From NCBI RefSeq assembly GCF_000009705.1, contig NC_003272.1, forward strand, positions 3,930,001 through 3,962,000: a stretch of 32,000 nt of DNA. Direction: 5' to 3'. The position numbers and the translations under genes were made by a program. The notes beneath the pieces were generated by a model. The model saw only the letters and a program-made list of their open reading frames with translations. It did no database searches and had not been told where the DNA came from. How positions within the stretch are numbered: the first letter of the stretch is position 1; each line of letters begins with the position of its first letter. Of this stretch, positions 9,114 to 18,070 are shown piece by piece. The stretch is from Nostoc sp. PCC 7120 = FACHB-418 (GTDB lineage: Bacteria; Cyanobacteriota; Cyanobacteriia; Cyanobacteriales; Nostocaceae).

Positions 9114-10688
9114 ATGAGCTACTGCATTAATCCTACCTGTCCAAATCCAGAAAATGTAGCATTTAGCCAAAAGTGTGAGGCTTGCGGCTCACCGCTACTG
9201 TTGCGCGATCGCTATCGGGTGCTGAAACCATTGGGTCAGGGTGGCTTCGGTGCAACCTTTTTAGCCCATGATCAAATATTGCCAGGGGAACCAAGTTGTG
9301 TAATTAAACAATTACGTCCTTCAGGAACAGCACCACACATTTTGCAGATGGCGCGAGAACTATTTGAGCGAGAAGCCAAAACCTTAGGCACAATTGGCAA
9401 TCATCCCCAAGTACCGCGATTGCTAGACTACTTTGAAGAGCAAGAACAATTCTACTTAGTTCAGGAATATATCAGTGGTTCCACTCTTCAACAGGAAGTC
9501 AAACTTAATGGCACTCTGAGCGAACCAGGCGTAAAGCAATTTTTAAGTGAAATTCTGCCCCTACTGCAATACATCCATGAGCATAAAGTAATTCACCGTG
9601 ATATCAAACCAGCCAACTTAATTCGCCGTTCTCAAGATGCCAGAATGGTATTGATTGACTTTGGTGCGGTCAAAAACCAGGTCAGCCAAGCAATTACAAA
9701 CCAATCCGCAAACACAGCACTAACGGCCTATGCAATTGGTACTCCTGGTTTTGCACCTCCAGAGCAAATGGCAATGCGTCCAGTTTATGCCAGCGATATC
9801 TATGCCTTGGGGATAACTTGTGTATATCTATTAACAAGTAAAACACCTAAAGATTTAGATTATAATCCCACAACAGGTGAAGTCATGTGGGAACATTTGG
9901 TACAAGCCAGTGACCACCTGATCGGTGTGCTGCGGAAAATGTTGGAAGTATCAGTACGCAGTCGTTACCAGTCAGCCACAGATGTACTTAAAGCCTTGGA
10001 AATCGAGCCATATTTAGAAAGTTTGGCTCAGGGATTGCTAGTGAAATCAGAGAAAGAGCAAACATCCCAACGTCCAGAAAATTCTGCGGTTTTATCTAGC
10101 AGTTCTCCTGTGGCCGCGACTAGTGTAGGTGGTGTAGCACAGGTAGCCGCCGCAATTAGAGCCAGAAGAGCTAAAGATGCAGCAGCAAAGCTAGCAATAT
10201 TACCTAATAGCAACAGTAATGGTAACGGATTGCCAACTCAACAATCCAAAGCTGGACGTAGACTAGATAGCCAAACTTTGATGAAAGCTTATCTTAAAGG
10301 GAGGCGCGACTTTGCTCTTCATAATTTAAATTTCCTTAATCTCCAAGGAGTTGACTTATCAGAAACAAATTTTCACTCAGCTCAACTTCAAAGCGCTAAT
10401 CTCCAAGGAGCTAATCTCCATAACAGTGATTTTGGCAGAGCTAGCCTGACACGCGCCAACCTTAAAGACGCTAATTTAAATAAAGCTTATTTCAATCATG
10501 CCGATCTAGAAGGAGCAGACCTACGTGGTGCAGACCTCAGTCATGCTTATCTCAGTAATGCTAATCTTCGTGGAACTAATTTGTGTGGTGCTAATCTTAC
10601 AGGGGCAAAAATTACTGATGAGCAATTAGCATTAGCAAAAACTAACTGGATGACGATCCGTCCTAACGGCAAAAGAGGTTTATTGTAA
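9114..10688 (+). CDS. Ser/Thr protein kinase with an N-terminal Cys4 zinc-ribbon-like prefix and a C-terminal pentapeptide-repeat domain
   Basis: The prefix is CINPTCPNPEN...CEACGS (4 Cys). Hanks kinase motifs are GQGGFGATF, VIKQL, HRDIKPANL, DFG and GTPGFAPPE. A low-complexity linker leads to a C-terminal run ANLQGANLHNSDFGRASLTRANLKDANLNKAYFNHADLEGADLRGADLSHAYLSNANLRGTNLCGANLTGA. Confidence 0.92.
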   Translation: MSYCINPTCPNPENVAFSQKCEACGSPLLLRDRYRVLKPLGQGGFGATFLAHDQILPGEPSCVIKQLRPSGTAPHILQMARELFEREAKTLGTIGNHPQVPRLLDYFEEQEQFYLVQEYISGSTLQQEVKLNGTLSEPGVKQFLSEILPLLQYIHEHKVIHRDIKPANLIRRSQDARMVLIDFGAVKNQVSQAITNQSANTALTAYAIGTPGFAPPEQMAMRPVYASDIYALGITCVYLLTSKTPKDLDYNPTTGEVMWEHLVQASDHLIGVLRKMLEVSVRSRYQSATDVLKALEIEPYLESLAQGLLVKSEKEQTSQRPENSAVLSSSSPVAATSVGGVAQVAAAIRARRAKDAAAKLAILPNSNSNGNGLPTQQSKAGRRLDSQTLMKAYLKGRRDFALHNLNFLNLQGVDLSETNFHSAQLQSANLQGANLHNSDFGRASLTRANLKDANLNKAYFNHADLEGADLRGADLSHAYLSNANLRGTNLCGANLTGAKITDEQLALAKTNWMTIRPNGKRGLL

Positions 10689-10924
10689 CTAGACAATTAT
10701 AATCTAGGATAGATATAGCTTTTGGACAATAATTAAGAAGTTAATATCAATTTAGTCCTGTAAATAATTATAGGCTGCTTAATTTTTTAACTAAAAAGGT
10801 ATTTTAAGCCAACTTAATTATCTACTATTTACCTGCAATATTTTGTAGTAAATATAAGATTATATATGCTTATTTTCACCCTGAGTTTTGTTTGATAATT
10901 AGAAAAATAAATCACTGCAAATAT

Positions 10925-11629
10925 ATGTTCAAATTTCCAGATATAGATATGACAGTTCAATTACAAGACAAAGAAATAGAACGGCGTTTGAGCTTATATC
11001 AAATATTTATTTCTTTATATGAACGCCATAGCAATCTTCTAAATGAAATTTTACAATTAGATAATATAGCTCAATCATCATTGGCTAGTCCAAAGTTTTA
11101 TTATGTACAAGGAGTAGTCAATAAATCAACCATCTGTATCGTCACAAATCTATGTGAGAATCAAACGCAGACTTTACAACAATCACAACATATTTGGACA
11201 ATAGGGCGCGATCGCCACAACGGCATTTGCACTTATGATAAATTATTATCTCGTCACCATGCAGCAATTAAGTATGTAGAAAATCAAGGTTTTTTATTAA
11301 TAGATTTTCAAAGTACAAATGGTTCTTTTGTGAATGGGGAACCGGTTTATCAACCGATTATCCTTAAAGATGGCGATCGCGTTCGCTTAGGGAGCTTAAC
11401 TTTTGATTTTTTCTTAAATAATAACTGCCGGATGCTACCAGCATTAGCAGGAGATTTACTAAAACAAATAATGCTACAAAAACAGAATGATTCCCATGAA
11501 AACTCAGATAATACCTTACAAATTCCTATAGATTCTAAATATATAGAAAATTTAAAATATGGAGAATATGATTTAAGCTCTGAGCAAAAATCCGATATTT
11601 TAGATCAATTTTTTCAGAGACAAGCGTAA
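10925..11629 (+). CDS. FHA-domain protein
   Basis: WTIGRDRHNGICTYDKLLSRHHAAIKYVENQGFLLIDFQSTNGSFVNGEPV...DGDRVRLGSLTFDF is a canonical FHA core (G-R...S-xx-H...N-G). The start is uncertain: the track uses TTG 10892, and ATGs occur at 10925 and 10949. Confidence 0.8.
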   Translation: MFKFPDIDMTVQLQDKEIERRLSLYQIFISLYERHSNLLNEILQLDNIAQSSLASPKFYYVQGVVNKSTICIVTNLCENQTQTLQQSQHIWTIGRDRHNGICTYDKLLSRHHAAIKYVENQGFLLIDFQSTNGSFVNGEPVYQPIILKDGDRVRLGSLTFDFFLNNNCRMLPALAGDLLKQIMLQKQNDSHENSDNTLQIPIDSKYIENLKYGEYDLSSEQKSDILDQFFQRQA

Positions 11630-11772
11630 TTAAATCTTGAAATAAAGCTAGAACAGTTTAGCTTGGTTTAAAGACTAGTAAAGAAAAGCAATTTTTATTT
11701 ATCTGAGATGTTGCCAATCGCTAACATCTTAGATAAGTAAATTTATATCGTTCAAATCATATTTTCTATTTC

Positions 11773-12774
11773 TCAATTATTAATAAATTGCCTCTTGATG
11801 ACGTTGAATCGTTTTTGTATATTACTAGGTAAATATTTTTTTAAGAAAATTCTTAACTGATTGTGTCGGATACATTTTTCTAATGCTGGAACCCAACTAT
11901 CTGATATACCGACATATTTTGCAGCTTTAAGAGTATCGTTAAGAGCGTCTAACTGAGCGCCTTGTACCTTCATTCGTAAAATCTGATCTTCTGTAACATC
12001 TTTCTCAAAACAAGCAGGTAAATCCATACCTAAAATCCGAAAGTGCAGAATATTCCGGATACATTTTTCACAACGACAACAGTTGCGATCTTTTTGATCT
12101 CCTTCCCAACAAACTCTCAAGTTTTGTAATACTTCTTGGCTATTTGCAATGGCTCGGATCTTCTCTAAACGGGTAAAGGCTGCACCATCATGAATAATCC
12201 GAAAACTATTGCTTGATAGCAAATGATCTGTGACTGGATTAGAAGGATAAAGACGGGAAGGCTCATTATAAGAAGAAGAACTAGGAATTAAACCTGCTGT
12301 ATATCCACGTTGTAGCAAGCTAAGACAAGACGCAAGTGCAGTTACATAAGTATTTTCCCAATTTAATTTAGTAAATAGACGTAAATTAGTTGTCATTGTT
12401 ATTAATTCTGCACCCACACTAGATAGGATATTTTTTGATTTATAAACTGCATTATTAAAAACCTCTTTTTCTTCCAAAGGGATATCAAATCCGTGTATCA
12501 TCAACCCTGCTTGTAAGTTGCGTTGTATTTTAACTAAATTAGGGGTGCGATGTTGAAATACAGTAAAGCAGCTATCTAAACCTCCAGAAAAAGTGCTAAC
12601 AATTTTGTCTAAATCTGTGTTTTTATCTGGTTCTTTTACAACTTCTGCATGAATATCAACTAATTTGTAAACATTTGGTCTCCAAGAATGCCAAGCAGCT
12701 TGAAATTCTGCCAAATTTTGTAAAAGAGATGGAGAAACTTCACCATGAATGATTAAATTTTTATCCTGTTTCAT
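11773..12774 (-). CDS. PP-loop ATP pyrophosphatase superfamily protein, QueC/ExsB-like with a C-terminal Cys cluster (probably 5'-truncated by a frameshift)
   Basis: It has an SGGLDS PP-loop motif (STFSGGLDSCFTV). The C-terminal CWEGDQKDRNCCRCEKCIRN resembles the Zn-binding Cys cluster of QueC. The reading frame stays open upstream of the annotated ATG (see the 12775-12956 feature). Confidence 0.65.
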   Translation of the reverse strand: MKQDKNLIIHGEVSPSLLQNLAEFQAAWHSWRPNVYKLVDIHAEVVKEPDKNTDLDKIVSTFSGGLDSCFTVFQHRTPNLVKIQRNLQAGLMIHGFDIPLEEKEVFNNAVYKSKNILSSVGAELITMTTNLRLFTKLNWENTYVTALASCLSLLQRGYTAGLIPSSSSYNEPSRLYPSNPVTDHLLSSNSFRIIHDGAAFTRLEKIRAIANSQEVLQNLRVCWEGDQKDRNCCRCEKCIRNILHFRILGMDLPACFEKDVTEDQILRMKVQGAQLDALNDTLKAAKYVGISDSWVPALEKCIRHNQLRIFLKKYLPSNIQKRFNVIKRQFINN

Positions 12775-12956
12775 GGCGATTAGTATGGTTGCCAGAACAA
12801 AGGGATCACAACTTTGAGTAATTATTTTTTCATGTTCTACAGGTATCTGAAACCAAAGAGTATCATTTTTTTTTTCGAGTTTTCAACGGTAACATTTATT
12901 GTTAATGTACCTTCATTCTCAACTATTGGCTCTTGCCATACATGAATTTCACTCAT
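12775..12956 (-). pseudogene. Out-of-frame 5' extension of the PP-loop gene, broken at an A10 homopolymer
   Basis: An ORF from ATG (comp. 12954-12956) reads MSEIHVWQEPIVENEGTLTINVTVENSKKK, enters the A10 run (comp. 12866-12875) and stops at 12837-12839. The downstream gene's frame is open from 12882 (..KKNDTLWFQIPVEHEKIITQSCDPFVLATILIA-MKQ..) with no ATG, GTG or TTG. One extra A would fuse the two into about 394 aa. Confidence 0.55.
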
Positions 12957-13013
12957 TAGAACACACCCTGATCTTATAAAAATGTTGATAAAAGAGTTAA
13001 CTGTGAATAAATA

Positions 13014-14132
13014 TCAAATTTCCACTTTTTCTTGTTGGATTCCTCCTCGTTCACTTGATTCCAATACTTGCTGAATGGAGTTTTTTATCTGAGAAGTATC
13101 TTTAACAAATTTACAAAATGGAATCTGCTTTGTCCAAGCCTGGTAAAAAGATTCATTTTTGTAGTAACTGTTTGGAAAGAAAATATGAGGTATTTTTAAA
13201 AGTGTAGAGAGAATATGTCCATGTAATCGGTTAGTTATTACTAGCTTATGTTGTTGGAGTTGGTAAATGCCACTGTGCATTAAACTCCATGAATACTGGT
13301 GCATTTTTGGATTGTATAATTCTTGGAAAATATTAGTATATGGATGCAAGTATTGCCATTTTTGTCTAGAAAGCCAATCAGATGGATTTGCCAAGCCTTT
13401 TTGCCATCCTTCTCTAAATAAAGCAGATCCATAACGCATAAGTAGGTTGTTAGGATGTCCTACTTTCCATTGATATGAAGCCCAATCATCAATTTGTAAA
13501 TTGGGAATTTCCCACATATTTTCTGTAAATTCTTGATTTAGTTCTTTATCTTGCCTACAAAGATATAGAATCGACGATTTGGGAGTAACAATATCATGAA
13601 TACTAGGTAAATCAGTCATTTGAAAAGCCATATCTGGGGCCTTAAAAATATGACATTTATCAAAAGCTTCACTTGCCAACTTGTAACTACGTTCATCACG
13701 AGTAAATAAAGTTAAATTGGGATGACCATTAAATATATCTGCTGCTTTTTTTAAATTCGCAGAATCACGGAAATATATACTTTGGGGTAAGATGACAATT
13801 GGGCGATCGCGATACGTAGAAATAATGTATTCCCGAAAATTCTGATAATCAGGCCATAAATCTCCTAAATTTCCGCCTCCCGTAAGAACTATAGGGGAGT
13901 TCTTAGCTTTCTCTTTTAAAGTGGTAGGAGAAAAATCACCCACACTAGAAGCATATTTTATTTTTACACCTTTAACTTTAGTTAGATAGAATACACCACC
14001 AAGCCATATTAAGTGATCTCCTATGTTGGGATATGCTGGATAGTCTAGGAATGCACATGATTCAAAACTCTCCATTTGTCCTAAGGATTTGTGCAAATAT
14101 TCCTTCAGTTGATGATTTGTATAAATTGTCAT
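13014..14132 (-). CDS. Polysaccharide pyruvyl transferase family protein
   Basis: YPNIGDHLIWLG..., ILTGGGNLGDLWPDYQNFRE and VITNRLHGHIL are, from memory, the hallmark blocks of the PS_pyruv_trans (CsaB/WcaK-like) family. The product is 372 aa. Confidence 0.75.
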   Translation of the reverse strand: MTIYTNHQLKEYLHKSLGQMESFESCAFLDYPAYPNIGDHLIWLGGVFYLTKVKGVKIKYASSVGDFSPTTLKEKAKNSPIVLTGGGNLGDLWPDYQNFREYIISTYRDRPIVILPQSIYFRDSANLKKAADIFNGHPNLTLFTRDERSYKLASEAFDKCHIFKAPDMAFQMTDLPSIHDIVTPKSSILYLCRQDKELNQEFTENMWEIPNLQIDDWASYQWKVGHPNNLLMRYGSALFREGWQKGLANPSDWLSRQKWQYLHPYTNIFQELYNPKMHQYSWSLMHSGIYQLQQHKLVITNRLHGHILSTLLKIPHIFFPNSYYKNESFYQAWTKQIPFCKFVKDTSQIKNSIQQVLESSERGGIQQEKVEI

Positions 14133-14384
14133 ATGTTCGCAGTATAAACAACTTCGTAAAAGTACTATCAGTACTTACTTAGATATCATACTCATATTTC
14201 ATTTATAAACAAAGTAATTTCTTAATTTATTTATCTAAAGTTTATAGTTGTAAGTGATAATACGGTAATCATGAAAAATTTAAATTTGCATTGCAGCAAG
14301 AAAATTTTACTATTAACTTAAGCTTTATACTTTATTTAGTTATGACTCTATCTCATTCAGGAAATTCATAAGAATTTATAAATT

Positions 14385-14414
14385 AAAAGATTACTCCAGA
14401 CGGAGTAATCTTTT
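14385..14414 (-). terminator. recA intrinsic terminator
   Basis: AAAAGATTACTCC-agac-GGAGTAATCTTTT is a 13-bp perfect stem. On the minus strand it is followed by AATTTATAAATT, and the stem itself ends in UUUU. It lies 63 nt downstream of the recA stop. Confidence 0.75.
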
Positions 14415-14477
14415 AGTGTAATAATATTTTTACTGCATTAGTGTGATGGATTTTGCCATGTCACACCATCAATATTA

Positions 14478-15551
14478 TTATTCTTCCTCTTCTACATCTT
14501 CATCTTCATCGTCTTCGTTGTTTTTAGCTACCGAGTTTGCAGAAACAACAGCTCCCTTATCTAATTTTTCACGCACCTGTTGTTTGATTTGTTCACTAAA
14601 TTCTGGTTTTTCTTCCAGGTATTTGATAGCGTTATCTCGACCTTGAGAAATATTATCACCGTTGTAACTGTACCAAGCTCCTTTACGGATGAGAATACCA
14701 GTTTCTTCCGCTAAATCTACTAAACAACCTAGAGTCGAAACACCTTTACCAAAAATAATGTCAAACTCTGCGATTCTAAAAGGCGGTGCAACTTTATTTT
14801 TCGCAACTTTGACTTTAACTCGGTTACCAAATTCATCAGTACCTTTTTTCAAGGTTTGAATCCGACGAATATCTAAGCGTACTGAAGCATAGAACTTTAA
14901 TGCGTTACCGCCAGTTGTCGTTTCCGGGCTACCGTAGGTAACACCAATTTTTTGCCGCAACTGGTTAATGAAAATTACTGTACAACCAGATTTACCAATA
15001 TTGCCAGTAATTTTACGTAGAGCTTGGCTCATTAATCTCGCTTGTAAACCGACGTGGGCATCACCCATATCGCCTTCGATTTCTGCACGGGGAACCAAAG
15101 CTGCTACAGAGTCAATAACTACAATATCAACGGCGGCGGAGCGTACAAGTTGATCAACAATTTCCAATGCGGATTCACCTGTGTCTGGTTGGGAAACCAG
15201 CAAGTTTTGAATATCTACACCTAAAGCTGAGGCGTAGGTGGGGTCAAGGGCGTGTTCAGCATCGACGAAGGCAGCTATTCCACCTTCTTTTTGCACTTCT
15301 GCGATCGCGTGGAGTGCTACTGTTGTTTTACCGGAACTTTCCGGGCCATAAATCTCAATCACCCGCCCCTTGGGTAAACCGCCTCCCAATGCTAAATCCA
15401 AGGTGAGCGCGCCAGTAGAGATTGTTTCTACCCGCATCCGGGTAGCATCGCCCAGGCGCATGATTGCTCCTTTACCGAAGCTGCGCTCAATCTGGTTGAG
15501 TACCATTGTCAGCGCTTTTTGCTTGCCAGAAGTATCGGTATTGATAGCCAT
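14478..15551 (-). CDS. recA: Recombinase RecA
   Basis: [26 protein letters not shown], the Walker A motif [58 protein letters not shown], and an acidic tail. Confidence 0.98.
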   Translation of the reverse strand: MAINTDTSGKQKALTMVLNQIERSFGKGAIMRLGDATRMRVETISTGALTLDLALGGGLPKGRVIEIYGPESSGKTTVALHAIAEVQKEGGIAAFVDAEHALDPTYASALGVDIQNLLVSQPDTGESALEIVDQLVRSAAVDIVVIDSVAALVPRAEIEGDMGDAHVGLQARLMSQALRKITGNIGKSGCTVIFINQLRQKIGVTYGSPETTTGGNALKFYASVRLDIRRIQTLKKGTDEFGNRVKVKVAKNKVAPPFRIAEFDIIFGKGVSTLGCLVDLAEETGILIRKGAWYSYNGDNISQGRDNAIKYLEEKPEFSEQIKQQVREKLDKGAVVSANSVAKNNEDDEDEDVEEEE

Positions 15552-15602
15552 TCCTGCCTCTAAAATATATGGATTTAAGTAGTTTGGGGTTTGGAGTTTG
15601 AG

Positions 15603-15618
15603 TAGAACAGATATACTA
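15603..15618 (-). promoter_or_regulatory. LexA box upstream of recA
   Basis: The minus strand reads TAGTATATCTGTTCTA, 52-67 nt upstream of the recA ATG. It fits the cyanobacterial LexA consensus RGTACNNNDGTWCB with one mismatch (AGTAT for RGTAC). Confidence 0.75.
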
Positions 15619-15974
15619 TTTTAGCCGGAAAATTCTAGTATAGGGCTTCTCAAATTAAAAAGTAACTTTGACAAGATCGTAACTCAATATTCCCCAGGTG
15701 CGATCAGAAATATCTTCATGTACTTGCCAAAATTTTTACTGGTGCTACTGAACAGTCTGCTACTCCATCCTGATTAGGAAACACCAAAAAATAAATTATC
15801 CGAAATTGATGGTTTAGTAGGGTGCATCAGTGCGATGTAACCTAGCTATACTCATAAATTATTCATACTGAGGCACCCTTGTATATTAAAAGAAGTAGTA
15901 GACCCACAACTAAAGTTGTGATTAATACTTTTTTCTTGTGCGCTCTGACTGTCTTTGTAAGTTAAACTCCCTTC

Positions 15975-17081
15975 ATGAATATCAAGCGTCGGCAATTTCT
16001 GAAAACTTGCGGATTAGCTACTGTAGCTACTCAGATTCCTATACTGACTGCTCAAGGTGAGCAATGGTCTTCTTTACATTCGCGGAGCGTATCGAAGACA
16101 GACGCTACGCGTAGCTCGCTTCTCCGGAGGAGTAAGAGCGACGTTCAGTTATCGCCAAGTAGCACTATCAAGCCACCACGTTTACAAGTAGGCGATACGG
16201 TGGGGTTAATTGCGCCGGCTGGTACTTTTGAACCTCGATATATAGAAGTAGTCCAGCAACATCTGACTAATTTGGGATTAAAAGCTAAGGTAGGAAGACA
16301 TATTTTAGACCGTTATGGTTATTTAGCAGGCAAAGATGCTGACCGCGCCCAAGATGTAAATGATATGTTTGCAGATGATTCGGTTCAGGCAATTCTGGCT
16401 ATGCGGGGAGGTTGGGGTTGCAATCGGATTTTACCCCTGCTCAATTACCCTTTAATTCGTTCCCATGCCAAAATCCTCATGGGTTATAGCGATATCACTT
16501 CTTTATTATTAGCGATTAATGCCCGTAGTCGTATTTTCACTTTTCACGGGCCTGTGGCTACATCCACCTGGACACCCTTTATGCTGGAGTACCTGAAGCG
16601 TATTTTGTTTAATGCAGAAGCAGTAACATTACAAAATACTGATTCTCCTGAGGGAAAAGTACAAACAATCACACCAGGAAAAACTCAAGGTCAACTTGTA
16701 GGAGGTAATTTGTCAGTTTTATCGGCGATGGTTGGTTCTCCCTATCTACCTAGTTGGCAAAATAGAATTTTATTCTTGGAAGATATCAACGAGGATGTTT
16801 ATCGCGTAGATAGGATGTTGACACAGTTAAAAAATGCTGGGATATTATATCGAATTTCTGGTTTTATCTTTGGGCAATGTACTGACTGTAATCAAACTAA
16901 TGAAAAATCTCAGACATTAATAGAAGTATTACAAGACCACATTACTCCTTTAAAAATACCTGCTTGGTATGGTGCAATGATTGGTCATATTCAAGATAAA
17001 TTCATCTTACCAATTGGCGCAAATGTGGAAATCGACGCTGATGCTGGAACAATAAAATTATTAGAGGCGGCAGTCAATTGA
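15975..17081 (+). CDS. LD-carboxypeptidase (peptidase S66, LdcA-like) with a twin-arginine signal peptide
   Basis: MNIKRRQFLKTCGLATVATQ is a Tat motif (RRxFLK). LQVGDTVGLIAPAG, ILAMRGGWGCNRILP, MGYSDITSLL (nucleophile Ser), LFLED and GHI are S66 blocks. Confidence 0.85.
   Translation: MNIKRRQFLKTCGLATVATQIPILTAQGEQWSSLHSRSVSKTDATRSSLLRRSKSDVQLSPSSTIKPPRLQVGDTVGLIAPAGTFEPRYIEVVQQHLTNLGLKAKVGRHILDRYGYLAGKDADRAQDVNDMFADDSVQAILAMRGGWGCNRILPLLNYPLIRSHAKILMGYSDITSLLLAINARSRIFTFHGPVATSTWTPFMLEYLKRILFNAEAVTLQNTDSPEGKVQTITPGKTQGQLVGGNLSVLSAMVGSPYLPSWQNRILFLEDINEDVYRVDRMLTQLKNAGILYRISGFIFGQCTDCNQTNEKSQTLIEVLQDHITPLKIPAWYGAMIGHIQDKFILPIGANVEIDADAGTIKLLEAAVN
16078..16146. repeat. GC-rich imperfect-palindromic insert inside ldcA (small dispersed repeat-like)
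   Basis: In cgcggagcgtatcgaagacagacgctacgcgtagctcgcttctccggaggagtaagagcgacg I counted 39/63 G+C (62 %) against a roughly 40 % background. It contains AGCGT..ACGCT and CGCTTCTCC..GGAGTAAGAGCG inverted repeats. It is translated in frame as the Ser/Arg-rich linker SRSVSKTDATRSSLLRRSKSDV just after the signal peptide. Confidence 0.4.
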
Positions 17082-17098
17082 AAAATGCTAATTTGTAA

Positions 17099-17128
17099 TT
17101 AATTCGTACTACTTATGGTACGAATTAA
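17099..17128. terminator. Hairpin between the convergent ldcA and galU-like genes
   Basis: TTAATTCGTAC-tacttatg-GTACGAATTAA is an 11-bp perfect stem. There is no clean U-tract on either strand, so terminator function is tentative. Confidence 0.45.
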
Positions 17129-17176
17129 ACAGTATTTTCTACAATTTCCACAAATATATAGGTGTTCAAACGCAAG

Positions 17177-18058
17177 CTATATAAAATCAATTAATGACTG
17201 TCGATAAGTATTTGGTAGACCCGTATCAAAACATTTACCTTTCACCACATATCCTGTCATCCCTTCTGCTTGACACAATTTATCTAAACAATTTGTTAAC
17301 TGAAATTCACCGCGATCGCGTAAATTTTGGTTTATACTATCTGCTAGGAAATCAAATATTTTTGGCGTGAGGACATACAAGCCAAAAACACATAAAAACT
17401 CATCTTCTGCCATACCTTCTACCCGCAAATGCTCACGCGCATAATCAAGATTGGGTTTTTCTGCAAGTTGCGTTAGTTCCAAAATGGAATTAAACTCTTG
17501 CCATACTCCTGCAATACATCCAGCTTTGTTAATTATCGCTGCTGGCATTGTAGTTAAGCCAACAACACTTTGATGAACTTGTGCATAAATCTCTACAACT
17601 TGTTGAGCGCAAGATTTTTTTATGTCGGATTTATAAACATGATCACCTAACATTAATAAAAACGGTTCATTTCCTACCCAATCTTTGGCACAAAAAACAG
17701 CATGGCCATATCCTTCTTGTTCTGATTGTGTCAATAAAACAACTTTCTGTCCCAAATCTTGCAAGTATTGACTATATTCTTGATTTTGTGGCGAAAGTTT
17801 TTGTAAAAGTTCTGGTGCAGGTGGATTTTTAAATAAATCAGCAAAAATTCCTATATCATCAGGCTGTACAACAATACCAACTTCTGTGATTCCTGCACTA
17901 ATAGCTTCTTCCACAATAGCTAAAATTACAGGCTTTGCTCTACCATCTTGATCAATAATTGGGAATAGTTCTTTTTTCACAACTTTAGTAGCTGGAAATA
18001 ATCTAGTACCAAAACCAGCAGCCGGAATCACGGCTTTTCTTACTTTATTAATTTGCAT
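17177..18058 (-). CDS. UTP--glucose-1-phosphate uridylyltransferase-like nucleotidyltransferase (GalU family)
   Basis: KAVIPAAGFGTRLFPATKVVKKELFPI parallels the GalU signature AGxGTRxLPATKxxPKEMLP. The size (293 aa) is typical of GalU. Confidence 0.7.
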   Translation of the reverse strand: MQINKVRKAVIPAAGFGTRLFPATKVVKKELFPIIDQDGRAKPVILAIVEEAISAGITEVGIVVQPDDIGIFADLFKNPPAPELLQKLSPQNQEYSQYLQDLGQKVVLLTQSEQEGYGHAVFCAKDWVGNEPFLLMLGDHVYKSDIKKSCAQQVVEIYAQVHQSVVGLTTMPAAIINKAGCIAGVWQEFNSILELTQLAEKPNLDYAREHLRVEGMAEDEFLCVFGLYVLTPKIFDFLADSINQNLRDRGEFQLTNCLDKLCQAEGMTGYVVKGKCFDTGLPNTYRQSLIDFI

Positions 18059-18070
18059 AAATTAATATTT

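Noticed and set aside
14443-14646. 67-aa plus-strand ORF with a poly-Ser run
   Set aside because: It is antisense to the acidic Glu/Asp tail of recA (GAA/GAT repeats read as TTC/ATC). It is low complexity, and recA is unambiguous.
15820-15878. 59-nt element with 12-bp terminal inverted repeats (GGGTGCATCAGT...ACTGAGGCACCC, one mismatch) between recA and ldcA
   Set aside because: It could be a MITE-like remnant or an RNA structure. However, there is a single copy in this window, no target-site duplication that I could see, and no supporting context. It is noted only.
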